This document shows, piece after piece, positions 26,975-35,272 of a stretch of DNA of 64,000 bases. Source of the DNA: an uncultured Clostridia bacterium (GTDB lineage: Bacteria > Aerophobota > Aerophobia > Aerophobales > B3-G15); NCBI GenBank assembly GCA_964482715.1, contig CAYZYX010000002.1, positions 10,816 to 74,815 of the forward strand, in the 5' to 3' direction. The notes under the pieces are model-generated. The model saw only the letters and a list, made by a program, of their open reading frames with translations. It searched no databases and had not been told where the DNA came from. The translations under genes were made by a program, and so were the position numbers. The stretch's first letter is position 1; the number at the start of each line of letters is the position of its first letter.

Positions 26975-28885
26975 TTACTGGTACATTAAAGGTTTTAACT
27001 TCAAGGCCTCTCTTTTTTTATCAATATGTTTTATCATAAGATGAGCTGCTTTAATGGGATCAGACTCAAAGGCAAATTTTCCACCCACCAGTTCTTCCAG
27101 CTCTTCACAGATAAATCTGGTTAGATTTTTACTTCCCAGAATTGGAAAGGGAAAACCAAGAACAGTGAAAACACCTGAAGCAACAAAGTAAAATCCTATG
27201 GATACGGCTTTTTCGCTCATCCATTCAGGAGCAGCTCCTGCCACTGGTAAGTCACTTATATCTTCTCCCAGGCCTCCCTCGTGAACAACATTTGTTAGAG
27301 CTATCAGAATTCTACTGTTATCCACACAGGAACCTACATGAAGTACCGGAGGAATTCCTACAGCTTCACATACTTCTTGAAGCCCTTTTCCTGCATATTT
27401 GAACACAGATTCTGGCTGTAAGAGCCCTGCCTTAGCATTGGCTATTGCGGAACAACCAGTTACTACAACTAAAACATCATTTTTGATAAGTTCCTTTACC
27501 ATCTCCGTATGTCCATAATCGTGAGTAATCTTGGGATTATTACATCCGACCACTCCAGCAAGTCCTCTAATTCTACCCTGGATGATAGCATCATTTAAAG
27601 GTCTGTAGGTGGCTCTATAGGTTCCTCCCAGAAATCTGTAAATATTCTCGGCACAAAACCCTGCAATAAGGTCTTCATTCTCTTCAGGAATATAGACCTC
27701 ATTATTATTCCGATTGGAAAAGTTTTCTATAGCCATTTTTAAAATATCTTTGGCAATCTGGTAAGCATTTTCCTCCTTGAACTCTACATGTTCTACTCCC
27801 GGAAATTTACATTTTGGAGAAGTAGTGATAAGTTTGGTGTGGAAACCATTGCTGTTAATTACACTACTTAGTGAAGGCATTATACATTGAACATCCACCA
27901 TCATTAAGTCAACAGCCCCTGTTAAAATGGCAAGTTCCTGTTGCAAGAAATTTCCGGCTACAGGGATTCCATGGCGCATCAAGATTTCGTTGGCAGTACA
28001 ACATATTCCTACAAGATTTACCCCTTTGGCTCCTTTTTTTCTGGCAAGTTCAACAATTTCTGGATCTTTAGCAGCGAAGGTAACCACATCTGAAAGAGTA
28101 GGCTCATGTCCATGAACTACTACATTAACCTCTTCTCTGGACAAAGTACCAAGATTCACTTTTCCTCTCAGGGGTTTAGGACTGCTAAATAAAACATCGG
28201 AAAGATCGGTGGCAATCATTGAACCTCCCCAGCCATCGGCAAGAGCACACCTTAAACCATGCATGATAATATTTTTGTAGTCATTATCCACTCCCACATG
28301 GGTACGATGCATCATTTCCACGATTTCTCGATCAACACCTCGAGGCACAATTCCAAGTTCTCTCCAGACTTTTACTCTTTTTTTTGGTGCCCTGAGAGGC
28401 ATTCTTAGCTCACCATGTTGATTTCCAAACTCAGCCAGTATTTTTTCTGCAAGCTCTTTAGCTATTTCATTTGTTGCTCTTCCATCGGTTTTGACCTGGT
28501 ATTCTTTAGCCAGGATTTTCATTTTTTCTTCGTCTTTTATCTTGTAGGCATCGGCCTTACCTTCACTTGCCAATAACAGAGCATGGGTGATGTCTCTTCC
28601 GTGGTCAGAATGTGCTGCTGCACCTCCTGCAATCATCCTTGCCAGATTTCTGGCAGCTATGGTATCAGCACTTGCTCCACATATTCCAACCCGCTCTTCT
28701 TCAGCAAAAGGATCTATTCTACAGGGACCCATATTGCATATACGGCAGCAAAGCCCTAATTTTCCAAAACCACACTGGGGTTGCATGGCTTCACAACGAT
28801 CCCAGACGAGGCTAACATTATTCTCCTCTGCCCTTTCTATTACACGTCTACTTGCTTTATCAACGGTTCTTTTATCTGCCTTCAT
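26975..28885 (-). CDS. cooS: Anaerobic carbon-monoxide dehydrogenase catalytic subunit (CooS/AcsA)
   Basis: 636 aa. N-terminal cysteine array CGFGKLGLCCRICNMGPCRI (the B/D-cluster region) and a conserved hydroxylamine-reductase-like fold. Confidence 0.9.
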   Translation of the reverse strand: MKADKRTVDKASRRVIERAEENNVSLVWDRCEAMQPQCGFGKLGLCCRICNMGPCRIDPFAEEERVGICGASADTIAARNLARMIAGGAAAHSDHGRDITHALLLASEGKADAYKIKDEEKMKILAKEYQVKTDGRATNEIAKELAEKILAEFGNQHGELRMPLRAPKKRVKVWRELGIVPRGVDREIVEMMHRTHVGVDNDYKNIIMHGLRCALADGWGGSMIATDLSDVLFSSPKPLRGKVNLGTLSREEVNVVVHGHEPTLSDVVTFAAKDPEIVELARKKGAKGVNLVGICCTANEILMRHGIPVAGNFLQQELAILTGAVDLMMVDVQCIMPSLSSVINSNGFHTKLITTSPKCKFPGVEHVEFKEENAYQIAKDILKMAIENFSNRNNNEVYIPEENEDLIAGFCAENIYRFLGGTYRATYRPLNDAIIQGRIRGLAGVVGCNNPKITHDYGHTEMVKELIKNDVLVVVTGCSAIANAKAGLLQPESVFKYAGKGLQEVCEAVGIPPVLHVGSCVDNSRILIALTNVVHEGGLGEDISDLPVAGAAPEWMSEKAVSIGFYFVASGVFTVLGFPFPILGSKNLTRFICEELEELVGGKFAFESDPIKAAHLMIKHIDKKREALKLKPLMYQ

Positions 28886-29651
28886 AATGTTTCTCCTTTA
28901 ATTTTTCAGCAATGGCCTCTATTTCCTTTCGGAAATTACTGCTTTTTCCCCAGAAAGAAACACCTTCTATATCTGCCTGAAGTATTGCGTCGTCAAAACT
29001 TAGAAATCCTAAAAAATCAAAATCGGAAAGACTTTTCAAAAGGTAGCTTTTATCTTTTTTGTCTCTTACCTTATTGCCCACAACACTAACATTTTGGATA
29101 TTTAACTGGAAAGAGAGGTTCCTGATTCGAAAGGCTGTTTCTACACTTTTTTTGCCTGGTTCAACAACAACTATCAATTCATCTACTCCCTGTGCTGTTC
29201 CTCTACCAAGATGCTCTATTCCTGCTTCCATGTCAATTATAACAATTTCCTCTCTTTCCAGAAAAAGATGGGTAAGAAGTGCTCTTAAAAAGGCATTTTC
29301 TGGACAGGTACAGCCCATTCCCCCACCTCTTACGGTTCCCATAACAGCAAGTTTTATCCCGTTGTGCTGCACGAAGTATTTGTCGGGAATATCATCCACT
29401 CTGGGATTTAATTTGAAAAAAGAAGATAAATTTCCAGGTTTTGCTCCGGTTCGATCCTCGATTAGTTTTTTCATTTCAATCAGGGGAGTTATACTGGAAG
29501 GCTCAGGAAAAGAAAGGGTGAAGGCAAGGTTTGCATCGGGGTCAGCATCAATAGCAAATACCCGCTTTCCTTTGTCGGCAAAATACTTACATAGACCAGC
29601 AGTAAGAGTAGTTTTGCCTACCCCTCCCTTACCTGTAACTGAAATTTTCAT
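28872..29651 (-). CDS. cooC: CooC, CODH nickel-insertion ATPase
   Basis: 259 aa. Walker A GKGGVGKTT, MinD/ParA fold, CxC motif (GCTC), first gene of the locus. Confidence 0.85.
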   Translation of the reverse strand: MKISVTGKGGVGKTTLTAGLCKYFADKGKRVFAIDADPDANLAFTLSFPEPSSITPLIEMKKLIEDRTGAKPGNLSSFFKLNPRVDDIPDKYFVQHNGIKLAVMGTVRGGGMGCTCPENAFLRALLTHLFLEREEIVIIDMEAGIEHLGRGTAQGVDELIVVVEPGKKSVETAFRIRNLSFQLNIQNVSVVGNKVRDKKDKSYLLKSLSDFDFLGFLSFDDAILQADIEGVSFWGKSSNFRKEIEAIAEKLKEKHYEGR

Positions 29652-29676
29652 TTATCTTGATTCCTACAAGGTGCCT

Positions 29677-29692
29677 TGTGATATATTTAACA
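29677..29692. promoter_or_regulatory. CRP/FNR-family-type near-palindrome TTGTGA-N6-TAACAA, 26 nt upstream of cooC
   Basis: The + strand reads cTTGTGAtatattTAACAAa. It has one mismatch to the hydrogenase-promoter site at 13944..13959 and overlaps the predicted +1 of the cooC promoter. Confidence 0.4.
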
Positions 29693-29701
29693 AATCATCG
29701 T

Positions 29702-29730
29702 AGTATAATAAAAGTAAATCTGACTGTCAA
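29702..29730 (-). promoter_or_regulatory. Sigma-70-type promoter of the cooC-cooS-acs operon
   Basis: Minus strand has TTGACA, a 17-nt spacer and TATACT, about 50 nt upstream of the cooC ATG. Confidence 0.5.
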
Positions 29731-29737
29731 GATAGAG

Positions 29738-29765
29738 TTGACAAAAATTATTATCATGTTATATT
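29738..29765 (+). promoter_or_regulatory. Divergent sigma-70-type promoter for the small-ORF/ferredoxin pair
   Basis: TTGACA, a 16-nt spacer and TATATT on the + strand, back-to-back with the cooC promoter. Confidence 0.45.
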
Positions 29766-29891
29766 ATAAAAAAAATTGTTAAATAGTGAAGAAAATAGAC
29801 TAAATGGCCTTACAGCTTCGATATATAATATTTCTTACTGTAATATTTAAGATTTTGTTTCCAGTAATAGCCTTTACAACTGAAACAGATA

Positions 29892-30068
29892 ATGATGGGA
29901 GGAATCAAATTGATTGAAAGGATAATTAAGCAGTTTAAAAAAGAAAGAGTCAAAAAAGTTGCACCATGTCACTGCTGCGGAGATCTAACTCGTAGTCCTT
30001 TTCAGGAAATCTCTAAAGAAAAATTTTATTCCCGCTGGAGTAGGTCAAATAATAACAATATCAAATGA
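29892..30068 (+). CDS. Small Cys-rich ORF (about 52-58 aa), translationally coupled to the downstream ferredoxin
   Basis: Not in the ORF track because it is under 60 aa. A GGGAGG Shine-Dalgarno lies 7 nt before an in-frame TTG at 29910. The product contains APCHCCGD. Its stop overlaps the ferredoxin ATG (ATGA). Confidence 0.3.
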   Translation: MMGGIKLIERIIKQFKKERVKKVAPCHCCGDLTRSPFQEISKEKFYSRWSRSNNNNIK

Positions 30069-30379
30069 TAAAGATGATACCAAGAGGTGAAATACCTGAG
30101 GTTGATCTCGGCCAATGTATAGGATGTGGAGTTTGTGCCCGAGTTTGCCCTGTAAAGGCAATAAGCATAATTGGAAGTAAGGCATACATTGACCAGCGTA
30201 AATGTATAAGATGTTTTGATTGCGAGAGAAATTGTCCAAGAGGAGCAATCAAGATAAAGACAAAAAAAGTTACCTCCATAAACGAGTTAAAAGATACCTT
30301 TAGAAAACTGGATGAAGAACTCATAAGGGTTTTTGAAAGACTTGACAAACTGAAATGCAAGGAAAAGACAAAGAAATAG
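30065..30379 (+). CDS. 2x[4Fe-4S] ferredoxin with a C-terminal charged helical tail
   Basis: CIGCGVCARVCP and CIRCFDCERNCP motifs. 104 aa. Confidence 0.6.
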   Translation: MIKMIPRGEIPEVDLGQCIGCGVCARVCPVKAISIIGSKAYIDQRKCIRCFDCERNCPRGAIKIKTKKVTSINELKDTFRKLDEELIRVFERLDKLKCKEKTKK

Positions 30380-30454
30380 GGTCTAACCTTAATCTCAAAT
30401 CTTATTTTTTGAGTTGATAAAACTAACGAAAAATTTCCACCGCTTTATTTCTAA

Positions 30455-31252
30455 TTAAACAGAAAGTATCGCATTTAAAATCATAAAAACTGCAGCTATA
30501 AGTGTAGAATAGGCAAAGATATGTTTTAATTTTTGTGGTTTAGTTTTGATAGAAAAATTACCCCCAATTATCCCTCCTAATATAGCTATGATTGCCAGCG
30601 GAATTGCTCTAATGGAGTTAAAATCACCCCTTATAGAGTGTCCTAAAAATCCCATTAGGGCAGTTACAGCCACCATAGCTGAAGAGGTTCCCACAGCAAT
30701 TCGCACAGGTACACCACAAATAAGAACCATCAAAGGAACCTTAAATGACCCTCCAGATATTCCTACCATACCTGCTACAAATCCAGTTGCAGCAGTTACT
30801 GGAATTGCTGACCAGAGGTTGACTTTATACTCATATTCACCGTATTTTCTTAACCAGCACCCAAAGCATTTTTTTTGTTTAATAATACTATTACCTCCAA
30901 CAGGTCGGAGCATTAAAAAACCTGAAAGAACTAATAACCCACCAAAGATAAATTTCAGTAGTGTAGTTCTAAAGAGATGAGCATAGTAGCCCCCTATGAA
31001 AGCCATAATGTCAGTGGGTGGGTCTATAACTAATGCGAGTTTCCAATCTACAGTCCTATGTTTCTGAAAAATTAACATAGATGATATTGAAGTAGCTACC
31101 AGAATAAGTTGGGCATCAGTAGCTGCCTGGTATATTGGAATTCCACTTGCTATTAGTAATGGAACATAGAAATTACCTCCACCTCGCCCTGTCATAGCCA
31201 TAACCACAGCAATAATGAATATACCTGCACCAATAGCGATAATATTAATCAT
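30455..31252 (-). CDS. TauE/SafE-family (DUF81) membrane transporter
   Basis: 265 aa with about 8 transmembrane helices and glycine-rich TM motifs. An atypical cytoplasmic-loop insertion, KQKKCFGCWLRKYGEYEYK, is present. Confidence 0.7.
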   Translation of the reverse strand: MINIIAIGAGIFIIAVVMAMTGRGGGNFYVPLLIASGIPIYQAATDAQLILVATSISSMLIFQKHRTVDWKLALVIDPPTDIMAFIGGYYAHLFRTTLLKFIFGGLLVLSGFLMLRPVGGNSIIKQKKCFGCWLRKYGEYEYKVNLWSAIPVTAATGFVAGMVGISGGSFKVPLMVLICGVPVRIAVGTSSAMVAVTALMGFLGHSIRGDFNSIRAIPLAIIAILGGIIGGNFSIKTKPQKLKHIFAYSTLIAAVFMILNAILSV

Positions 31253-31264
31253 CTTAACAGATTA

Positions 31265-32842
31265 CTAAAAGTACATTTTTTCAGCTACCAGATAAACAAA
31301 GTCCTTTTCTCTCTCGTTGGGCTTAATGTGTTCTACTTTCCTGGCTATAAGTTCGGCATCCTTTCTTTTATCCTTAGATAAAAGCATTTGCCTTGCTCCA
31401 GCTAAAGCTCCATTACCAATTTTGACTATTTTATCCTTTGCGTTTGGCAAAAGACCTATTGTTATAGCATTTTCTGAATTAATAAAATTTCCAAAAGCCC
31501 CAGAAAGATAGATCTTGCCAATATCTTCAAGACCAACTCCGTAATATTTCATAAGGAGATCTTGATCCACTCTTAGACCAGCTTTTGCGGTTATGAGTTG
31601 GTAGATATCCTGTTGAGATATACTTATATCTTTAGTAATAAAAAAATCTTCTTTTAACTTTGCCTTTTTACTCATTATACCATTCTTCAGTAATTCGCTC
31701 AGAAGGTCTATCAAACCAGAACCACATATGCCTATAGGGGGTTTACCGCCAATAGTCTCGTACTTAACCTCGCCATTTAAAATTTTTACATTTTTTATTG
31801 CTCCCTCCACCGCTCCGACACCGCATTTTACAGTAGCTCCTTCATAAGCTCCTCCAGCAGCACAGGAAGCACTCATAATCCTGTATTTATTACCAATAAC
31901 CACCTCTCCATTAGTTCCAATGTCTATGATCATTGATGGGACTTCATTTTTGTATATCCCGGTAGTAATAATATTGGCCAGAGCATCTGCTCCAGCATGA
32001 CCACCGATTAGAGGTGCACCATAAACATTTGCCCCTGGATTTATTATTAAACCCATCTCCTCGGCCCTTCTATTTACAGCCCCGGGTTCTAAAGGCTCAA
32101 AAGGAATTACTCCCAGTGAAGAAACATCAATTCCAAAAAAGATATTGCGCATTGTAGGATTCCCGACCACCACTACTTCATATATACACTGGAGAATATC
32201 TTCTTTCTGACCGGCAAAGTTTTTTAATTCTTGATTTATTCCATCAATTATCACTTTCTGTAATTGCCTCAGCCCATTTTTATTTCTCATTGTGTAATCA
32301 ATGCGTGAGATAACGTCGTCTCCAAACAAACTCTGAGGATTCTTGTCAGCCAGAGTAGCTATTATTTTTCCTGACTGAAGGTCAACGATCTGAGATACCA
32401 GGGTAGTGGTCCCCACATCTATAGCAAGTCCATAAATTTTTCCCCTAAATTTGTCAATTTGTTTATCTTGGTGAAATACTTTACCATTTTTTTCATAAAC
32501 CAGAGGATTTAAGCTTACTCTATCTTTTAGACTTCGAGAAAGAATACTATACTTACCCGGACTTTTAATAAAGACACGAATACTTCCCGATCCACTAATT
32601 TTTGCCTGGCAGGCAAGCCTTTCATCTTCGCTTAAATTAAATTTTTTTTCCGCAACAGTTTTTGGGGATAATAGATATCTCTCACCTTCTATTCTCACTA
32701 TACATCTGCCACAAAGACCCTGCCCTCCACATTCAGACGGTATCTGTACTCCCAGTTTTCTGGCAACCTCCAGAATAGTTCCCTGGTTGAATTCAATTCC
32801 TTCTCTTCCCTTTTTAAACTGCGGAAAAAAAATAATTGCCAT
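31265..32842 (-). CDS. Second RACo-like protein ([2Fe-2S] ferredoxin domain plus ASKHA/DUF4445 ATPase domain)
   Basis: 525 aa. N-terminal ECGGQGLCGRC [2Fe-2S] motif. Same architecture as the gene at 17698..19605, but the two sequences are diverged. Confidence 0.65.
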   Translation of the reverse strand: MAIIFFPQFKKGREGIEFNQGTILEVARKLGVQIPSECGGQGLCGRCIVRIEGERYLLSPKTVAEKKFNLSEDERLACQAKISGSGSIRVFIKSPGKYSILSRSLKDRVSLNPLVYEKNGKVFHQDKQIDKFRGKIYGLAIDVGTTTLVSQIVDLQSGKIIATLADKNPQSLFGDDVISRIDYTMRNKNGLRQLQKVIIDGINQELKNFAGQKEDILQCIYEVVVVGNPTMRNIFFGIDVSSLGVIPFEPLEPGAVNRRAEEMGLIINPGANVYGAPLIGGHAGADALANIITTGIYKNEVPSMIIDIGTNGEVVIGNKYRIMSASCAAGGAYEGATVKCGVGAVEGAIKNVKILNGEVKYETIGGKPPIGICGSGLIDLLSELLKNGIMSKKAKLKEDFFITKDISISQQDIYQLITAKAGLRVDQDLLMKYYGVGLEDIGKIYLSGAFGNFINSENAITIGLLPNAKDKIVKIGNGALAGARQMLLSKDKRKDAELIARKVEHIKPNEREKDFVYLVAEKMYF

Positions 32843-33011
32843 CTTTTTGTCCCTCCTTTGTTGTTAAACATTTCCATTTGATAAATTTTGTACCATTATA
32901 ATGTGCAAATTTTTTGTGTCAATTTTAATAAAAAATATTATTTCCTTTCTATATGCTGCTTAAGTTAATCTGCTAATAACCTAATGGGAGAAAATTTTAT
33001 TTTGCAAAATC

Positions 33012-33040
33012 TTGACATAGATAATTTGCACATATAATAT
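33012..33040 (+). promoter_or_regulatory. Sigma-70-type promoter upstream of ferredoxin copy 1
   Basis: TTGACA at 33012..33017 and TATAAT at 33033..33038, with a 15-nt spacer. An alternative -10, ATAATA, gives a 17-nt spacer. Confidence 0.4.
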
Positions 33041-33073
33041 TAATCTTTAAGAAGCAGATCTTGAGATGCAAAG

Positions 33074-33262
33074 ATTTAAAAAGGAGGTTGTAAATGGCCA
33101 TCACTGAAGTTTGGATCGATGAGGATGCTTGCACAGGCTGTGGACTTTGTGAGGATACCTGTCCCGAGGTCTTTGAGGTAAACGATGTGGCATCGGTTAA
33201 AGAGGATGCAGATTTCAACGAATTTGAAGATGAAATCAAAGAAGCTGCAGAGGAGTGTCCAA
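33074..33262. repeat. Repeat copy A (~189 bp) covering the ferredoxin RBS and its first 168 nt
   Basis: Identical to the reverse complement of 49665..49853, except one synonymous C/T difference that I could find. Confidence 0.8.
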
Positions 33263-33291
33263 ATGAGGCCATACACTTTGAGGAAGAGTGA
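33094..33291 (+). CDS. fdx: Small single-cluster ferredoxin (Pyrococcus/Thermotoga type, CxxCxxC...CP), copy 1
   Basis: 65 aa, acidic: MAITEVWIDEDACTGCGLCEDTCPEVF...EECPNEAI. Preceded by AAGGAGG. Near-identical to the copy at 49636..49833. Confidence 0.8.
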   Translation: MAITEVWIDEDACTGCGLCEDTCPEVFEVNDVASVKEDADFNEFEDEIKEAAEECPNEAIHFEEE

Positions 33292-33324
33292 TGATAAAGA
33301 TTAATAATTTTAAGGCAGGAAAAA

Positions 33325-33582
33325 ATGTCAACCAGGCATTACCCACGAGTTATTTTATTTTCCTCGTCTTCCTGTCCATGGTGTTCACGAGCTAAAAATT
33401 ACCTTCGTCAACACGGTATTAAGGTGAAGGAAATAAGGGTGGATAAAGACCCGGATGCTGCAAGAGATGTAGTAAAAATGACCGGACAGATGAGTGTACC
33501 TGTTCTTCTGATTGGAAGAGCAAAGATAGTTGGATTTGATAAGGATAAGATAGATCGTCTCTTAGGACTGAAAAGAAAATAA
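33325..33582 (+). CDS. Glutaredoxin-like/NrdH-like small thioredoxin-fold protein
   Basis: 85 aa with a CPWC active-site motif near the N-terminus. Confidence 0.65.
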   Translation: MSTRHYPRVILFSSSSCPWCSRAKNYLRQHGIKVKEIRVDKDPDAARDVVKMTGQMSVPVLLIGRAKIVGFDKDKIDRLLGLKRK

Positions 33583-33602
33583 ACTATTACGGAAGCTAAC
33601 GA

Positions 33603-34262
33603 ATGAGACCAAGCTGGGAGGTATTTGATAAACTCTGCCAAAGATACGATGAGTGGTTTGAACATTTCCCGGGTAAAAATATTTTTGAGTTGGAAGTAAA
33701 ATGTGTGAAAGAGTCTTTTAAAGGAGTATCAAAACCATGGCTTGAGGTAGGTATTGGAACAGGTAGGTTTGCCGAGAAAATTGGTATAGATGTTGGGATA
33801 GATCCATCTGAAAAAATGTTAGAAAAAGCTGCTAAAAGAAAGATAGAAGTAATAAAAGCAAGAGCTGAGAACCTTCCTTTTCCTTCGGATTTTTTTGGTG
33901 GAGTAGCTATAATCGTAACTTTATGTTTTTTAGATGATCCTCAAACAACATTAAAGGAATGCCTTCGGGTATTAAAAAATGACGGAAGAGTTATATTGGG
34001 AATAGTCCCCAGAAACAGTAGCTGGGGAAAATTTTACTTGGAAAAAAAGAAGGAGGGACACCCTTTTTATTCGGTGGCCCATTTTTACACTTCTCAAGAG
34101 ACTATACTTTTAGCAGAAAGAGCTGGATTTACACTGGAAAGTGTTTTTTCTACCTTGTTTGAAGAGCCAAAGGAATGTGAAAATATAAAAATTTATTCAC
34201 CTTCGTCCAATCTTATAGAAAATGCGGGATTTGTCTGTATAAGATTCAAAAAAAGTAAATAA
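33603..34262 (+). CDS. Class I SAM-dependent methyltransferase
   Basis: The motif I region LEVGIGTGRFA and the overall length (219 aa) fit Methyltransf_11/25-type enzymes. Confidence 0.65.
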   Translation: MRPSWEVFDKLCQRYDEWFEHFPGKNIFELEVKCVKESFKGVSKPWLEVGIGTGRFAEKIGIDVGIDPSEKMLEKAAKRKIEVIKARAENLPFPSDFFGGVAIIVTLCFLDDPQTTLKECLRVLKNDGRVILGIVPRNSSWGKFYLEKKKEGHPFYSVAHFYTSQETILLAERAGFTLESVFSTLFEEPKECENIKIYSPSSNLIENAGFVCIRFKKSK

Positions 34263-34302
34263 GGGAAAAAACCAGGGGAGAAATGGACTTTGAAAAAATT
34301 TC

Positions 34303-34779
34303 TTACTCAGGAAGACCCTTTATGACTTCCAGCGCATGGGGGATTGCCGGTAAAATTAATTCCAGACTTTCCTCCACTGCTTTTGGACTTCCTGGCAAAT
34401 TAATCACCAGGCTTTTTCCTCTAACACCAGCAATAGCACGAGAAAGTAAGGCATGAGGAGTTTTCTCAAATCCTTTTAATCTCATTATCTCACTAAAACC
34501 GGGTAAAATTTTTTCTATAACTTCCGCCGTAGCTTCGGGTGTAACATCTCTCGGGGAAAGACCTGTTCCCCCTGTAGTTAAAACCAAATCCACCTTTAAT
34601 TTATCTATCATATCCTTTATGTTTTGGGATATAACAGTTTTTTCGTCGGGCACAATCCTGTAGTCTATTACCTGTCCCAATTTTTTCACCATTTTATGAA
34701 TGAGTAGTCCGCTTAGGTCTTCTCTCTCTTTCTTAAATGACCTATCACTTACGGTAATTATGCCTATTTTTATCATCAA
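34303..34779 (-). CDS. mogA: Molybdenum cofactor biosynthesis protein MogA/MoaB family
   Basis: 158 aa with LVLTTGGTGLSPRDVTPEA, the MoCF-biosynthesis-domain signature. Confidence 0.8.
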   Translation of the reverse strand: MMIKIGIITVSDRSFKKEREDLSGLLIHKMVKKLGQVIDYRIVPDEKTVISQNIKDMIDKLKVDLVLTTGGTGLSPRDVTPEATAEVIEKILPGFSEIMRLKGFEKTPHALLSRAIAGVRGKSLVINLPGSPKAVEESLELILPAIPHALEVIKGLPE

Positions 34780-34783
34780 AATC

Positions 34784-35230
34784 TTACTCCTCTATCAACT
34801 CTATTTTGTCTCCTACCTGAATTTTTCCCTCTCTTACCACTTCGGCAAAAATTCCCCTTCGTGGCATGAGACAATCCCCGACCTGTTTATAAATGTTGCA
34901 GTCACTGTGACATTTTTTACCAATCTGAGTTATTCTGATCACAGCCTCCTTTCCTACCTTAAGGAGATCTCCAGGGTTTAAGGAAGAAAGATCTACATCA
35001 ACTGTAAGATTTTCCGCAAAATCTCCCGGTTGCAATTTTTGTAAAGATCGATTTCTCTGTAGAAATTCTTCCACACACCTCCAGCTCAAAAGGCTAACTT
35101 GACGATGCCAGAAACCGGCATGTGCATCTCCTAAGATACCATGGTTTTTTTTAAGGAACGCTTCTTTTACAGGCTTCTTGGACACACCTTTTTCCTTGCT
35201 GATATTTATGGATATTATTTTTCCTTTCAT
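34784..35230 (-). CDS. MOSC-domain protein (Moco sulfurase C-terminal-like)
   Basis: 148 aa, a beta-barrel-type sequence with a conserved Cys (KKCHSDC). Lies inside the Moco operon. Confidence 0.55.
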   Translation of the reverse strand: MKGKIISINISKEKGVSKKPVKEAFLKKNHGILGDAHAGFWHRQVSLLSWRCVEEFLQRNRSLQKLQPGDFAENLTVDVDLSSLNPGDLLKVGKEAVIRITQIGKKCHSDCNIYKQVGDCLMPRRGIFAEVVREGKIQVGDKIELIEE

Positions 35231-35272
35231 TTTGCCTGTCCTTAAATTGATCTTAGAGCTGTGCTATTTCAA

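Noticed and set aside
29059-29703. 214-aa plus-strand ORF, and many other 60-180-aa ORFs in the track (e.g. 767..973, 3697..3924, 21105..21452, 36103..36636, 45864..46391, 63600..63818)
   Set aside because: Each lies entirely inside a well-supported gene on the other strand. They have biased low-complexity composition and no start context. They are typical shadow ORFs of AT-rich DNA.
32997-33272. Ser-rich ORFs on the opposite strand of both ferredoxin copies (also 49520..49891) sharing a 62-aa identical stretch
   Set aside because: They are antisense shadows of the duplicated ferredoxin sequence. They show low-complexity Ser/Ala composition, no RBS, and the identity simply reflects the DNA repeat.
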